Virus record (IMG/VR): IMGVR_UViG_3300046832_001626
Direction: 5' to 3' (one strand)
Length of the DNA stretch: 64,000 bases
Origin: an uncultured virus (IMG/VR IMGVR_UViG_3300046832_001626)
Lineage: Duplodnaviria > Heunggongvirae > Uroviricota > Caudoviricetes
The notes beneath the pieces were generated by a model. It did no database searches. It saw only the letters and a list, made by a program, of their open reading frames with translations, and had not been told where the DNA came from. The position numbers were made by a program, and so were the translations under genes. Within the stretch, counting starts at the first letter, position 1; each line of letters starts with the position of its first letter. Below, piece by piece: positions 1-8,698 of the stretch.

Positions 1-2
1 AC

Positions 3-866
3 GTTGTTGATGAATTTAAAAATCATTTCAATGTGCTACAATACGACTCAGAAGAGCATCTGAATGAGATTGCTTCGAAGTATGATTTCTGCTACAGCCA
101 ACGCGCTGGATATCTTTACGAACAAGCAACCAGAAAGAAACAACTTGAAGTAACATCAACCAAGTTTGGTGTACACAGTGTGTTTCAATGGTATGAACCG
201 CATGGAGATGTTTATGCATACATCTCAGAGTGGCTTTCAGACAATGTCGCAAAAACATACAATGCGCCACTCAAACCATTTGTTCCATATGTGGTTGATC
301 TTCCAGAACCATCTTACAATCTTCGAGAAGTTCTTGGCATTCCAAAGAACAAATTAGTTTTTGGTCGTCATGGTGGATTCAATACATTCGACATTCCGTT
401 TGTATATGAAGTTATCAAGAAGATTGTCAGTGAGCGCGATGACATTGTGTTTTTGTTTTTGAACACAGTCAAGTTCATTGATCATCCGAATGTAATTCAC
501 CTGAATTCGATATTCGATAGAACTAAAATCTCAAACTTCATAAATGCTTGTGATGCGATGATTCATGCAAGGTGGTTGGGTGAATCCTTTGGTCTTTCAA
601 TTGCGGAATTTTTATTTCATAACAAACCAGTCATCGCATGGAAGGGTGGATTCGATCGCAATCATGCTCACATTCTAAATGATTACAATTGTTTGTATGG
701 CACTGAGGATAATGAAGACGCTAGAAAAATTTGGTGCGGTGCCGCTCAAGAATGTTACAACATGATTGTAAACTTCCGCGATCGTCCAAAACAAGATTTC
801 AAGAAAATTGTCGAGCCATTCACTCCGCAAAACGTCATGAAGAAATTCCAAGAGGTATATCTATGA
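3..866 (+). CDS. Glycosyltransferase (GT-B/family 4-like), 5'-truncated by the window edge
   Basis: Frame open from position 3. C-terminal GT-B motif 'FINACDAMIHARWLGESFGLSIAEFLFHNKPVI'. Confidence 0.8.
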   Translation, partial: VVDEFKNHFNVLQYDSEEHLNEIASKYDFCYSQRAGYLYEQATRKKQLEVTSTKFGVHSVFQWYEPHGDVYAYISEWLSDNVAKTYNAPLKPFVPYVVDLPEPSYNLREVLGIPKNKLVFGRHGGFNTFDIPFVYEVIKKIVSERDDIVFLFLNTVKFIDHPNVIHLNSIFDRTKISNFINACDAMIHARWLGESFGLSIAEFLFHNKPVIAWKGGFDRNHAHILNDYNCLYGTEDNEDARKIWCGAAQECYNMIVNFRDRPKQDFKKIVEPFTPQNVMKKFQEVYL

Positions 867-1042
867 AATGCGAGTACTGTGGTCTTGATCGAAATCGAGA
901 TGAATGGTGCGATTGACAGCAGGGAAGATGCCCCCATCGAGAGAAACCGAAGATGAGCCGCTCCCACGCCCTTTTCGTCGGATCCCTAGTCACCCTCCTC
1001 GTCGTTCTAGCCCTCCTCTCGGAGGCTCTCCGTTCGGTATAG
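863..1042 (+). pseudogene. Small Cys-rich membrane protein interrupted by an in-frame TGA (914-916)
   Basis: GAGG RBS then ATG at 863. Reads MKCEYCGLDRNRDEWCD*QQGRCPHREKPKMSRSHALFVGSLVTLLVVLALLSEALRSV*, with a coherent hydrophobic segment after the TGA. Confidence 0.5.
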
Positions 1043-1051
1043 GGGATCTCG

Positions 1052-1147
1052 TAAGTTGTTGATTCTACAGGGTTTCCTGAACGGGAATACCCTCTCGTAA
1101 CCTATTGATTTTACACGAAATTTTACCGATCAGGTAAGTTGTTGATT
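1052..1147 (-). promoter_or_regulatory. Three IHF-consensus sites (WATCAANNNNTTR on the minus strand)
   Basis: TAAGTTGTTGATT 1052-1064, TAACCTATTGATT 1098-1110, TAAGTTGTTGATT 1135-1147. Confidence 0.65.
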
Positions 1148-1165
1148 TCGTTCACATTTTTACTA

Positions 1166-1194
1166 TTGTAATCTTGGACGTTTTCGGCGATAAT
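1166..1194 (+). promoter_or_regulatory. sigma70-type early promoter
   Basis: TTGTAA-17 bp-GATAAT upstream of the ORF at 1243. Confidence 0.65.
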
Positions 1195-1242
1195 ATTCTT
1201 ATAGGTTGGGAATTGTCCCGAAGATAGGAAAAGGTAAAGATT

Positions 1243-1617
1243 ATGGGTTTCACGTTAAACGAAATGAAGAACACTCTCGTGCGCGAGCGTGAGGTTGTGA
1301 AGAATATGCTCGACGATATGAAGAAAATGCGTCGTGCGATTCGAGAGTCGCGTCAACTTATGAAGGTCTTGCGCGCCGATATCCGTCGTGAGCAGCAGAT
1401 CAATCGAGTCGTGAAGGCTGATGCTCGTGCGGCTGCGAAGGCTGCGAGGATTCTGGCTCGAAACCAGCGTGCGCATGAGCGTATCGCGAAGTTGGAGGCT
1501 CGTATCGAGGCTATGCGTCTGAAGGCAAACTCGCCGAAGCAGATTCGCAAGAATCAGCGGAAAGCCAGCCCTGTGAAGGTTTGGTCGGCTGATGAGGTTG
1601 CTGCGCTGAATGCGTAA
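1243..1617 (+). CDS. Basic, Arg/Ala-rich coiled-coil hypothetical early protein
   Basis: 124 aa ORF with a purine-rich RBS, between a promoter and a terminator. Confidence 0.8.
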   Translation: MGFTLNEMKNTLVREREVVKNMLDDMKKMRRAIRESRQLMKVLRADIRREQQINRVVKADARAAAKAARILARNQRAHERIAKLEARIEAMRLKANSPKQIRKNQRKASPVKVWSADEVAALNA

Positions 1618-1628
1618 GTACTTGAAAA

Positions 1629-1660
1629 GCAAGGGGTTTTTCCCCTTGCCTTTTCTTTTG
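1629..1660 (+). terminator. Rho-independent terminator overlapping the next promoter
   Basis: GCAAGGGG-TTTTT-CCCCTTGC followed by CTTTTCTTTT. Confidence 0.75.
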
Positions 1661-1674
1661 CTTTGGTGTAGAAT
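1646..1674 (+). promoter_or_regulatory. sigma70-type early promoter
   Basis: TTGCCT-17 bp-TAGAAT. An IHF-like site (one mismatch) lies at 1615-1627. Confidence 0.65.
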
Positions 1675-1705
1675 TGTTGTACAAGGTTGATGAAGGAAAT
1701 TAAAA

Positions 1706-1915
1706 ATGACTAATGTGAATCCTCTTGCGCTGGCGAGTGCCAGCGATATCAAGACTCTGGTCTCCACTGGTGTAGTCAAGCATGCTGATGCGATCGTTCG
1801 TGTGGATTTGGTTCTGGCTCGCAAGAGTTTGACCGATGGCAAGAAAGCACGATGGACTCGTCTCCGCGAGTGGCTCGTGCGAGAGAAAGCACAAACTGAA
1901 GCAGCGGTGGCGTAA
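1706..1915 (+). CDS. Hypothetical early protein
   Basis: 69 aa ORF with AAGGA RBS, directly abutting the next ORF. Confidence 0.7.
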   Translation: MTNVNPLALASASDIKTLVSTGVVKHADAIVRVDLVLARKSLTDGKKARWTRLREWLVREKAQTEAAVA

Positions 1916-2170
1916 ATGAAATTGTGTTTTTATTCTGATCCTGGTCATGGCTGGCTTTCTGTGAGCCGCAAGACTTTGGCGAAGTATGTTGATATGAATA
2001 AAGTTTCGACTTATTCTTATCAACGAAACGATCGAGTGTTCCTCGAAGAAGATCGCGATGCACACTTGTTTATAAGTGCATTGCGAAAAGCAGGAAAGTC
2101 GTTTCAGTTTGTGGAATACACCACAAACCGAAAAAGCAAGATTCGGAATTATGATTATTTTCGCGTCTAA
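1916..2170 (+). CDS. Conserved phage hypothetical protein (DPGHGWL...LEED family)
   Basis: Motifs 'SDPGHGWLSV' and 'YSYQ..DRVFLEEDRDA', recognisable from small phage and mobile-element proteins. Confidence 0.75.
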   Translation: MKLCFYSDPGHGWLSVSRKTLAKYVDMNKVSTYSYQRNDRVFLEEDRDAHLFISALRKAGKSFQFVEYTTNRKSKIRNYDYFRV

Positions 2171-2180
2171 TTCTTGCTGG

Positions 2181-2209
2181 TTTACTTTTGCGATTGTTTA
2201 TAGTATAAT
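2181..2209 (+). promoter_or_regulatory. T4-early-like / sigma70 promoter
   Basis: (G)TTTACT-17 bp-TATAAT. Confidence 0.75.
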
Positions 2210-2247
2210 GTTCTTGTCCGTTGTTAATTTGTTATGGAGTAATTGTT

Positions 2248-2691
2248 ATGAGTAATGTTCGATTCACAAAGCCTTCCAAGAAGGTCATTCAAGTGTATGA
2301 GATGCTGAAGGATGGCAAACCGTTTTCTTTCGACAAGATGGTGAGCACTCTTTCTTGCTCGCCAACTACGGTGATGGTGTTCATCTGCATCCTCCGTCGC
2401 GACTTTGGTGCTCAAATTGAGACCGAGCGTGATGGTCGTAAGGTGACTGCCTATCGTCTTGACAACGCTGCTGCTCTCGCTAAAACGATGGTGGCTGCTC
2501 CGAAGGCTGCGAAGCCCTCGAAGGCGAAGAGCGTTTCGGTCGTCAAGTCCGTTCGCACTGTGAAGACTGCAACACCGAAGGTTGCCGTTGATGACGGTTC
2601 GATTCCGACTCTTGATATTGAGGAAGTGAATGATAATGAACTTGCCTCGCTCAAGGCTGAACTCGGTCTGAGTGAGTCTTATTCGGAGTAA
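2248..2691 (+). CDS. Putative winged-HTH DNA-binding protein with Lys/Ala-rich linker and acidic tail
   Basis: GGAG RBS, ATG at 2248. HTH-like 'SFDKMVSTLSCSPTTVMVFICILRRDFGAQI...AYRL', then KAAKPSKAK and DIEEVNDNEL. Confidence 0.65.
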   Translation: MSNVRFTKPSKKVIQVYEMLKDGKPFSFDKMVSTLSCSPTTVMVFICILRRDFGAQIETERDGRKVTAYRLDNAAALAKTMVAAPKAAKPSKAKSVSVVKSVRTVKTATPKVAVDDGSIPTLDIEEVNDNELASLKAELGLSESYSE

Positions 2692-2701
2692 GACTTACTG
2701 A

Positions 2702-2730
2702 GTGGGGCAGGGAAACCTGCCCCATTTTCT
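2702..2730 (+). terminator. Rho-independent terminator
   Basis: TGGGGCAGG-GAAA-CCTGCCCCA-TTTT. Confidence 0.85.
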
Positions 2731-2731
2731 A

Positions 2732-3424
2732 ATGCATAAACCATCAGGCGAATTCTTTTCATCGCTGGGACAATATGTCTATCAGTATGTGAATCGCGAT
2801 ACTCTAAAGCCATATTACACTGGCAAGGGAAATGGCGATAGATGCTGGGCGCATGTTGTTGACAAAGGATTCAGTCCAGACGATTGCTACATTGTTGCTC
2901 GTAATCTTGAAAAATTTGAGCACAAACAAGACTGGCAATCATTCTTGCTTGAATCTTATTTAATCCACATCAACGATCCTGAAAACAATTCCGTTTCAGG
3001 TCATTATAAGGAGTGTTTTGTTATGGCTTCTCTTTCTTCATTGTTCTCTGAATACGAAAGTGATCAGTTCGACAACTTTGCTACACTGCCAGATTGGTAT
3101 GTCAGCAATTACGATTCATTCAAGAATCGAGTGCGCGAGGTTAAGATTAATGCGACCACTACGTTCGTGTTGAGTAATGCTCGCAATCAGATGTATATGA
3201 TGTTCTATTGGAGTCCGACTGACGTTGAGTCTCCGATTAAAGTCACCTTCGAAATCAATCTGCCTGATGGCGATAAACTTGATTCTGTGAAAACCAAATT
3301 GGTTTCTTGGCTCAAGAGCGAAGGTCACAAGCAGACTTTCCCCGATGGTAAGGTTCAAAAGTTGGCTGTCAACGTTGAAGATATTGACAGTGTGATTGGT
3401 CTCTGGAATAGTTTCTGGTCGTAA
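2732..3424 (+). CDS. GIY-YIG-like (LEM-3-like) nuclease domain fused to an unknown C-terminal domain
   Basis: 'YVYQYVNRDTLKPYYTGKGNGDRCWAH...LLESYLI...ENN'. An internal AAGGAG RBS precedes an in-frame ATG at 3023. Confidence 0.6.
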   Translation: MHKPSGEFFSSLGQYVYQYVNRDTLKPYYTGKGNGDRCWAHVVDKGFSPDDCYIVARNLEKFEHKQDWQSFLLESYLIHINDPENNSVSGHYKECFVMASLSSLFSEYESDQFDNFATLPDWYVSNYDSFKNRVREVKINATTTFVLSNARNQMYMMFYWSPTDVESPIKVTFEINLPDGDKLDSVKTKLVSWLKSEGHKQTFPDGKVQKLAVNVEDIDSVIGLWNSFWS

Positions 3425-3447
3425 TTTATGAAATCAGGAACATTAAA

Positions 3448-4698
3448 CTGAATTTAATATTCACAGAAACAGATTTCTTAAATCTGTTCAATCTGCAATC
3501 TATTACGTACGAACAATTCTGTGAAAGAATCTGCGTTCTGGATGTAATGGACCGCAGTGGTGCATTTGTCGTTCGTGATAGTTTAGATGGTTTCGTGAAT
3601 CGAGTTTGTCGAAAAGACGATGACACTCGTAAGAAGAATCTAGAACAATATAAGAGAAATTTGTATCGCATCTTAGTTACTGATGCACAACAGACTCTTT
3701 GTCTCTGGTTTCAGAAGTATGGTGCTCTACAAGAAAACATAGAACACTATCTACATCTACCAAATGCAGAGATTTTATCAGATGACATTTTTTCAGGTCG
3801 GTCAAATAGCAAGTATGGTAGAATTTGCAAAAATATTAATTTTGAAAACTTCTACAACACGAAAAAACTTCGATCGACAGATAGTGAGTATACATTTGGT
3901 TTGATGAGAGTCATGTTCGCAGATTTTAAGATTCGAAACAGTTTGGCTGGTCCTGCATTCTTCGAACATATCTGCAACTACAATGGCGACAGCACACAGT
4001 TTTGGTATGGGTTTATGCTTGGAGCAAACAGAGCCAGCATCTTTAATCCCGTCACATACAAAGGTATTCTTGATTCTGTGTTTAGCGGTGAGGTCCTGTT
4101 TGCTCCTGTGATGGGATGGAATGCATATCAAATTGCTTTTTACAGCAGTCAGTTTAAAAAGTTTATTTCAACTGATGTTATTCCCAAAGTAGTCGACAAT
4201 GGCATCTCTATTCACCATGAATTTGAGAAGTATTGTACTCGTAATCCATTAAGTGTCTCTGATAAAACAGTAGACTTGTATCTGTGTCCAAGTGAACAAT
4301 TAGATAAGCGATATAACTTTCTTGAGAAATATCGAAATACAATCGACGCGATTCTTTTCAGTCCGCCATATTTTGATCTAGAGTTGTATCCGAGTTCAGA
4401 ACAAAGCATCGAAAACTTTCCAGATTATCAAACTTGGCTGATTGAATACTGGGAAGAAACAATCAAACTTTGTGTGGACGCGATGAAACCAGATGCGAAG
4501 TTTGGATTTATAATCAGTAACTACGTAAACAAAGATTATGAGAAAGTAAACATCAGCGAAGACATGCGAGATATTGTTGCGAAACATTTAACATTTGATA
4601 AACATTATCGTGTGCAATGGAGCGCAATCAAGGGAAAGAGACAAGCCAAGAAAACTAGAGACGGCAACTTCGAAGACCTATGGGTATTTAAAAAATGA
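3448..4698 (+). CDS. Putative amino-DNA methyltransferase (N4C/N6A-like)
   Basis: Catalytic-type 'FSPPYFDLELY' and degenerate SAM motif 'LFAPVMGWN'. Frame open from 3412; first ATG at 3547, possible CTG start at 3448. Confidence 0.65.
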   Translation: MNLIFTETDFLNLFNLQSITYEQFCERICVLDVMDRSGAFVVRDSLDGFVNRVCRKDDDTRKKNLEQYKRNLYRILVTDAQQTLCLWFQKYGALQENIEHYLHLPNAEILSDDIFSGRSNSKYGRICKNINFENFYNTKKLRSTDSEYTFGLMRVMFADFKIRNSLAGPAFFEHICNYNGDSTQFWYGFMLGANRASIFNPVTYKGILDSVFSGEVLFAPVMGWNAYQIAFYSSQFKKFISTDVIPKVVDNGISIHHEFEKYCTRNPLSVSDKTVDLYLCPSEQLDKRYNFLEKYRNTIDAILFSPPYFDLELYPSSEQSIENFPDYQTWLIEYWEETIKLCVDAMKPDAKFGFIISNYVNKDYEKVNISEDMRDIVAKHLTFDKHYRVQWSAIKGKRQAKKTRDGNFEDLWVFKK

Positions 4699-5243
4699 AC
4701 ATCTTCTATCTCAATCGTGATACGAAAATCTGCGCTCGAGAACATTGCGACAAACATGTTGTTAAGATGATTGTTGAGTATGCGCAATTGCTTTCAACGG
4801 CGCATCGTATTCTTGACGGCAATCAATACTTCGATAAGAGTAAGACTGGTCGCAAGATACACCGATGGAAGTTGGATCAGTACCGCGAAGATAAACTCTA
4901 TCATGCGGTGAGTTGGAATCATCCTTCTGCTATTTGGGCGCGTGAGTCTTTCGACCACTATCAGTGGCTCTGGAATCTAGCGAGTGAACTCTGTCAGGAA
5001 TACCGTCATCGTTATGGTGGACAAAATGATAAGCAGCACAAGTCCTCATTGGTGATTCAGAAGTTGAGTTTCGCTCCTGATAATATTCCTCGAACTGGAA
5101 TATTCAGCGAGCCGCCGCAAGCAATGCCAGAAGATGTAAAGGTTCCTGGAGACTCAATCACAGCATATCATAATTACTATCGCGTTTACAAAAAACGATT
5201 CGCCACGTGGAAGAATCGAGAGGTTCCGAACTGGTATAAATAA
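4695..5243 (+). CDS. Pyrimidine-dimer DNA glycosylase (endonuclease V-like family)
   Basis: 'MNIFYL...AREHCDKHVVKMIVEYAQLLSTAH', 'NHPSAIWAR', 'PPQAMP'. Confidence 0.75.
   Translation: MNIFYLNRDTKICAREHCDKHVVKMIVEYAQLLSTAHRILDGNQYFDKSKTGRKIHRWKLDQYREDKLYHAVSWNHPSAIWARESFDHYQWLWNLASELCQEYRHRYGGQNDKQHKSSLVIQKLSFAPDNIPRTGIFSEPPQAMPEDVKVPGDSITAYHNYYRVYKKRFATWKNREVPNWYK
5235..5242 (+). promoter_or_regulatory. T4-type late promoter
   Basis: Exact TATAAATA 5 nt before the ATG at 5248. Confidence 0.7.
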
Positions 5244-5247
5244 AGGT

Positions 5248-5865
5248 ATGCTAGACTTCCTTTCTTTTATACAAGAACAGAATAATCCAGGTGGTGGACT
5301 CCACGTTTTCGACGTGGATGACACACTCTTTCACACCACAGCAAAGGTGCGTGTGATGAAAGGAGACAACGTTGTTCAATCCTTGTCCAACTCAGAATAT
5401 AACACTCACAACCTTCCAGATGGTCATCGTTATGACTATACGGAATTCCGTTCTGCAGAGAAGTTTGATACAGAGTCTGTTCCAAATCAGCGCATGCTTG
5501 AAAAGATGCGCAGACTTCACGACCACGCAAAAGAAAATGGCGGTAGAGTCATCATCAATACTGCACGCGCAGATTTCGATGACAAGGATCGTTTCTTAGA
5601 CGCTTTCAGAAAACAGAATGTCGACATTGATAACATTCATGTCTATCGTGCAGGTAATATGAAAGGCGACGGAACTGTTGCACAAAAGAAAACTGCAATC
5701 ATTCGCGATCAATTAGCAAAAGGCGACTACAATCACGTGAGTCTCCACGATGATAGCGAAGAAAATCTAAATCATTTTCTCTCCCTTAAAGACGAATTTC
5801 CTAATGTGAAGTTTGTCGCTCACCATGTTAAGCCAGACGGAAAATCAAAAAGATACACTGGGTGA
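5248..5865 (+). CDS. HAD-superfamily hydrolase, possibly head-packaged
   Basis: HAD motifs 'VFDVDDTLF', 'INTAR', 'K' and 'LHDDS'. N-terminus is MLDFLSFIQE. Confidence 0.75.
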   Translation: MLDFLSFIQEQNNPGGGLHVFDVDDTLFHTTAKVRVMKGDNVVQSLSNSEYNTHNLPDGHRYDYTEFRSAEKFDTESVPNQRMLEKMRRLHDHAKENGGRVIINTARADFDDKDRFLDAFRKQNVDIDNIHVYRAGNMKGDGTVAQKKTAIIRDQLAKGDYNHVSLHDDSEENLNHFLSLKDEFPNVKFVAHHVKPDGKSKRYTG

Positions 5866-5868
5866 TTT

Positions 5869-6180
5869 ATGCCGAATTATGAGTTTTTGAATACAAAAAC
5901 AAAGAAAATTGAAGAACATACGATGTCTGTTTCTGCCTATGATCAGTTTAAGGCAGACAATCCGCACCTAGAAAGATATTACAGCGAAGCACCGCTATTC
6001 AGTTACACTGGAACTGGCGACCTTGCTGGAAAGAAAACAGACAACACTTGGAAAGAAGTGATGAGTAAGATCGCAGAACAAAATCCTCGCAGCCCATTGG
6101 CTGATCGTGTTTTGCGCAAATCAACAAAACGAATTAAGACGGATGAGATTCTAAAGAAACACAAAGTCATGAAGGGATAA
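5869..6180 (+). CDS. FmdB-like conserved T4-like phage protein (Cys-less)
   Basis: 'MPNYEFLNTKT...E..MS' N-terminus; usual position next to phoH. Confidence 0.6.
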   Translation: MPNYEFLNTKTKKIEEHTMSVSAYDQFKADNPHLERYYSEAPLFSYTGTGDLAGKKTDNTWKEVMSKIAEQNPRSPLADRVLRKSTKRIKTDEILKKHKVMKG

Positions 6181-6182
6181 TC

Positions 6183-6953
6183 ATGTCAAAAAAGAAAAAT
6201 AGCAATTCAGCCAGTTACATAGAAATCACATCAGAAACTATCGAGAAAAAGCCGCCGCGAATCAAAGCAGCAGAACTCAAGAAGTTCGAACCACTCACTC
6301 CAAACCAAGCAAAGTTTTTTGAAACATATGCGCGAGGAGATTACTTTACCATGCTTTGTGGTTCAGCAGGTACTGGTAAATCATTCATTGCGTGTTACAA
6401 AGCAATTGAAGAAGTTCTCGATCGCTCATCACCATTTCATCGCATCGTGATTGTTCGCTCTGCTGTTCAGTCTCGTGATCTTGGATTCACTCCAGGATCT
6501 GTAGAAGAAAAAATGAGTTTGTATGAACAACCTTATATGCAGATCTGTCATACGTTGTTCGGTCGTCGTGATGCTTATGATGCGATGAAGGAATGTGGTC
6601 GTATTGAATTCATTTCTACCAGTTTCATTCGCGGAATGAGTTTCGATGATGCTGTGATCATCGTCGACGAATGTCAGAATATGACTTGGGAAGAATTGAC
6701 GACAATTATGACTCGAGTTGGTCATCGTTCGAAGATTATCTTCTGCGGTGATTACAAACAAACAGATCTTTATCGCAATAGCAAAGACAAGAGTGGACTT
6801 CGGAAGTTTCACGAAGTCGCCAAGACTATGCAGTCCTTCACCAACATTGAGTTTACAACTGAGGATATCGTCCGCAGTAGTCTTGTGAAGGACTTCTTGG
6901 TGGCTGTTGAGAAGTATGAGAACAAGGAGAGTAAATCTAGTGACAAGTCATGA
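6183..6953 (+). CDS. phoH: PhoH-family ATPase
   Basis: 'GSAGTGKS', 'LGFTPG', 'FIRGMSFDDAVIIVDECQN', 'GDYKQTD'. Confidence 0.95.
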   Translation: MSKKKNSNSASYIEITSETIEKKPPRIKAAELKKFEPLTPNQAKFFETYARGDYFTMLCGSAGTGKSFIACYKAIEEVLDRSSPFHRIVIVRSAVQSRDLGFTPGSVEEKMSLYEQPYMQICHTLFGRRDAYDAMKECGRIEFISTSFIRGMSFDDAVIIVDECQNMTWEELTTIMTRVGHRSKIIFCGDYKQTDLYRNSKDKSGLRKFHEVAKTMQSFTNIEFTTEDIVRSSLVKDFLVAVEKYENKESKSSDKS

Positions 6954-7566
6954 TGAACTTCTTGGTGAATTGAGAAAAAGATTTTACATCCATAAAAAAT
7001 TGTTTTCTGCTGAAGAATGCGATAGAATAATCGAACACTATAAAACGCAGACGTATGTAAATGCTTCTGTGGCTGACTTAAATGAATCAGAAGGAAACAA
7101 GATTGTTGCTATAACTGATGAAGATGCAAGAAAGGGTCGCATCGTTTTTTGCGACCATAAGAATCCTGTAACAAATTTTGCGTTTCAGAAATTGTTTTAT
7201 AGCGTGTTGTGGGCAAACTTTGGTTGGAGTGTTTTCCCGTTACGGTTTCTTCAGATTGCTGAATATAATTCTGAAACAGATGGTGGCTTCTACAAACGTC
7301 ATAGAGATATTATTAATTATCAGAATCCGCAACGAATCATTTCTTCGGTCACTCAGTTATCTAAAAAAGAAGATTACACTGGTTGCAATTTAATATTTGA
7401 TGATGATTCTAACGCACCTGTAGATTTTTTAGAGCAAGGCGATACAATTTTCTTTACTTCAATTGAACCACATGAAGTGACTCCTGTGATAACTGGAACT
7501 CGATACTCGTTGACAGCGTGGTATGAAGGTCCAGTGCTTTGGGAAACTTTACCAGAGGATTTTTAA
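6940..7566 (+). CDS. 2OG-Fe(II) oxygenase
   Basis: 'GFYKRHRD', 'YTGCNLIF', 'HEVTPVITGTRYSLTAW'. GTG start after AAGGAG. Confidence 0.85.
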   Translation: MTSHDELLGELRKRFYIHKKLFSAEECDRIIEHYKTQTYVNASVADLNESEGNKIVAITDEDARKGRIVFCDHKNPVTNFAFQKLFYSVLWANFGWSVFPLRFLQIAEYNSETDGGFYKRHRDIINYQNPQRIISSVTQLSKKEDYTGCNLIFDDDSNAPVDFLEQGDTIFFTSIEPHEVTPVITGTRYSLTAWYEGPVLWETLPEDF

Positions 7567-7568
7567 TT

Positions 7569-8249
7569 ATGTTTACACACATTGAACACAACTTTCCGCA
7601 ACTGTTGAGAGAAACAGTTGATGGAACTCGAATGTACGTTTCTCCGACTGGTGAAAGATATCCTTCTGTCACAACTGTTCTATCAGATTATAACAAAGAA
7701 GGACTCAAAGAGTGGAGAGCAAGAGTTGGTGAAACGAAAGCCAATGAGATTTCTCGCAAAGCAACAACACGCGGAACTTCTGTTCACAAAGTCATTGAGA
7801 AGTTTTTAAAGAACGAAGATGTTTCGAATATCGAGATGCTTCCAAACGTTAAGTCGCTCTTTGTGCGCATGAAAGAAGAACTCTCAGAAAAAGTGAACAA
7901 CATTCATTGCCTTGAGTCTCCATTATTCTCGCATAAACTCAAACTCGCAGGGACCGTAGACTGTATTGCTGAGCATAATGGAATTCTTTCTGTCATCGAC
8001 TTTAAGACTTCTGTGCGCTTGAAGAAGAAAGAACAGATTGGAAATTACTTCATGCAAGGCGCAGCCTATGCCACGATGTTCACTGAGATGTCTTCCATTC
8101 CAGTGGACCGAGTTGTCATTCTGATTGGTGTAGACACGGCAAACTTCTGTCAGACTCTTGTTGTAGAAGGAGATGAACTCTTTAATTGGAAACAAGAGTT
8201 GAATAAGTATATTCTTGCATATCGTAAAAAGGTTGACATTATCACTTGA
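7569..8249 (+). CDS. PD-(D/E)XK exonuclease
   Basis: 'YPSVTTVL', 'RGTSVH', 'AGTVDCI...VIDFKTS', 'YFMQGAAYA'. Confidence 0.9.
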   Translation: MFTHIEHNFPQLLRETVDGTRMYVSPTGERYPSVTTVLSDYNKEGLKEWRARVGETKANEISRKATTRGTSVHKVIEKFLKNEDVSNIEMLPNVKSLFVRMKEELSEKVNNIHCLESPLFSHKLKLAGTVDCIAEHNGILSVIDFKTSVRLKKKEQIGNYFMQGAAYATMFTEMSSIPVDRVVILIGVDTANFCQTLVVEGDELFNWKQELNKYILAYRKKVDIIT

Positions 8250-8261
8250 TTGCGATAGAAT
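8233..8261 (+). promoter_or_regulatory. sigma70 promoter
   Basis: TTGACA-17 bp-TAGAAT. Confidence 0.75.
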
Positions 8262-8293
8262 AAGAATGTCTGGGTTAATTAGGAGATACAAGA

Positions 8294-8698
8294 ATGAAAT
8301 ACTTACCTGTTATCACTGCAGCCCTCCTTCTTGGATCACCAAGCATCATGGCGCAAGAAGAGCCTACAACCGAACAGCTCCTCGGTGCAATTGCTGGGGG
8401 CGCACTTGGCAGCACAATCGGCGACGGTGACGGTCGCAAAGCTGCTACGGTTATCGGTGCAATCATCGGATATCGTATGGGTGAGCGTGTTCTGAGTTCT
8501 AATGATCGCAGAGCATTTACAAGAATGGGACACGATGATTTTCGCCGTTGGTGTCGTCATGAAGTTCCATATCGTTATGAGTATGACAGCAGACTTCGTA
8601 ATCAGTGGATTTCTGGTTGCGTGAATCGTTTGAATCGTCAACAACGTGAACTTGAGCGTGAAGCATATGAGGATGGATATTATGGACCTTCCAATTAA
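8294..8698 (+). CDS. Exported glycine-zipper (2TM) protein
   Basis: AGGAG RBS, signal peptide and 'LLGAIAGGALGSTIGDGDGRKAATVIGAIIG'. Confidence 0.8.
   Translation: MKYLPVITAALLLGSPSIMAQEEPTTEQLLGAIAGGALGSTIGDGDGRKAATVIGAIIGYRMGERVLSSNDRRAFTRMGHDDFRRWCRHEVPYRYEYDSRLRNQWISGCVNRLNRQQRELEREAYEDGYYGPSN

Noticed and set aside
7569..8249. Cas4 / CRISPR adaptation gene
   Set aside because: It lacks the four-Cys Fe-S cluster pattern and no array is nearby. It matches the ordinary T4-like PD-(D/E)XK exonuclease found beside phoH.
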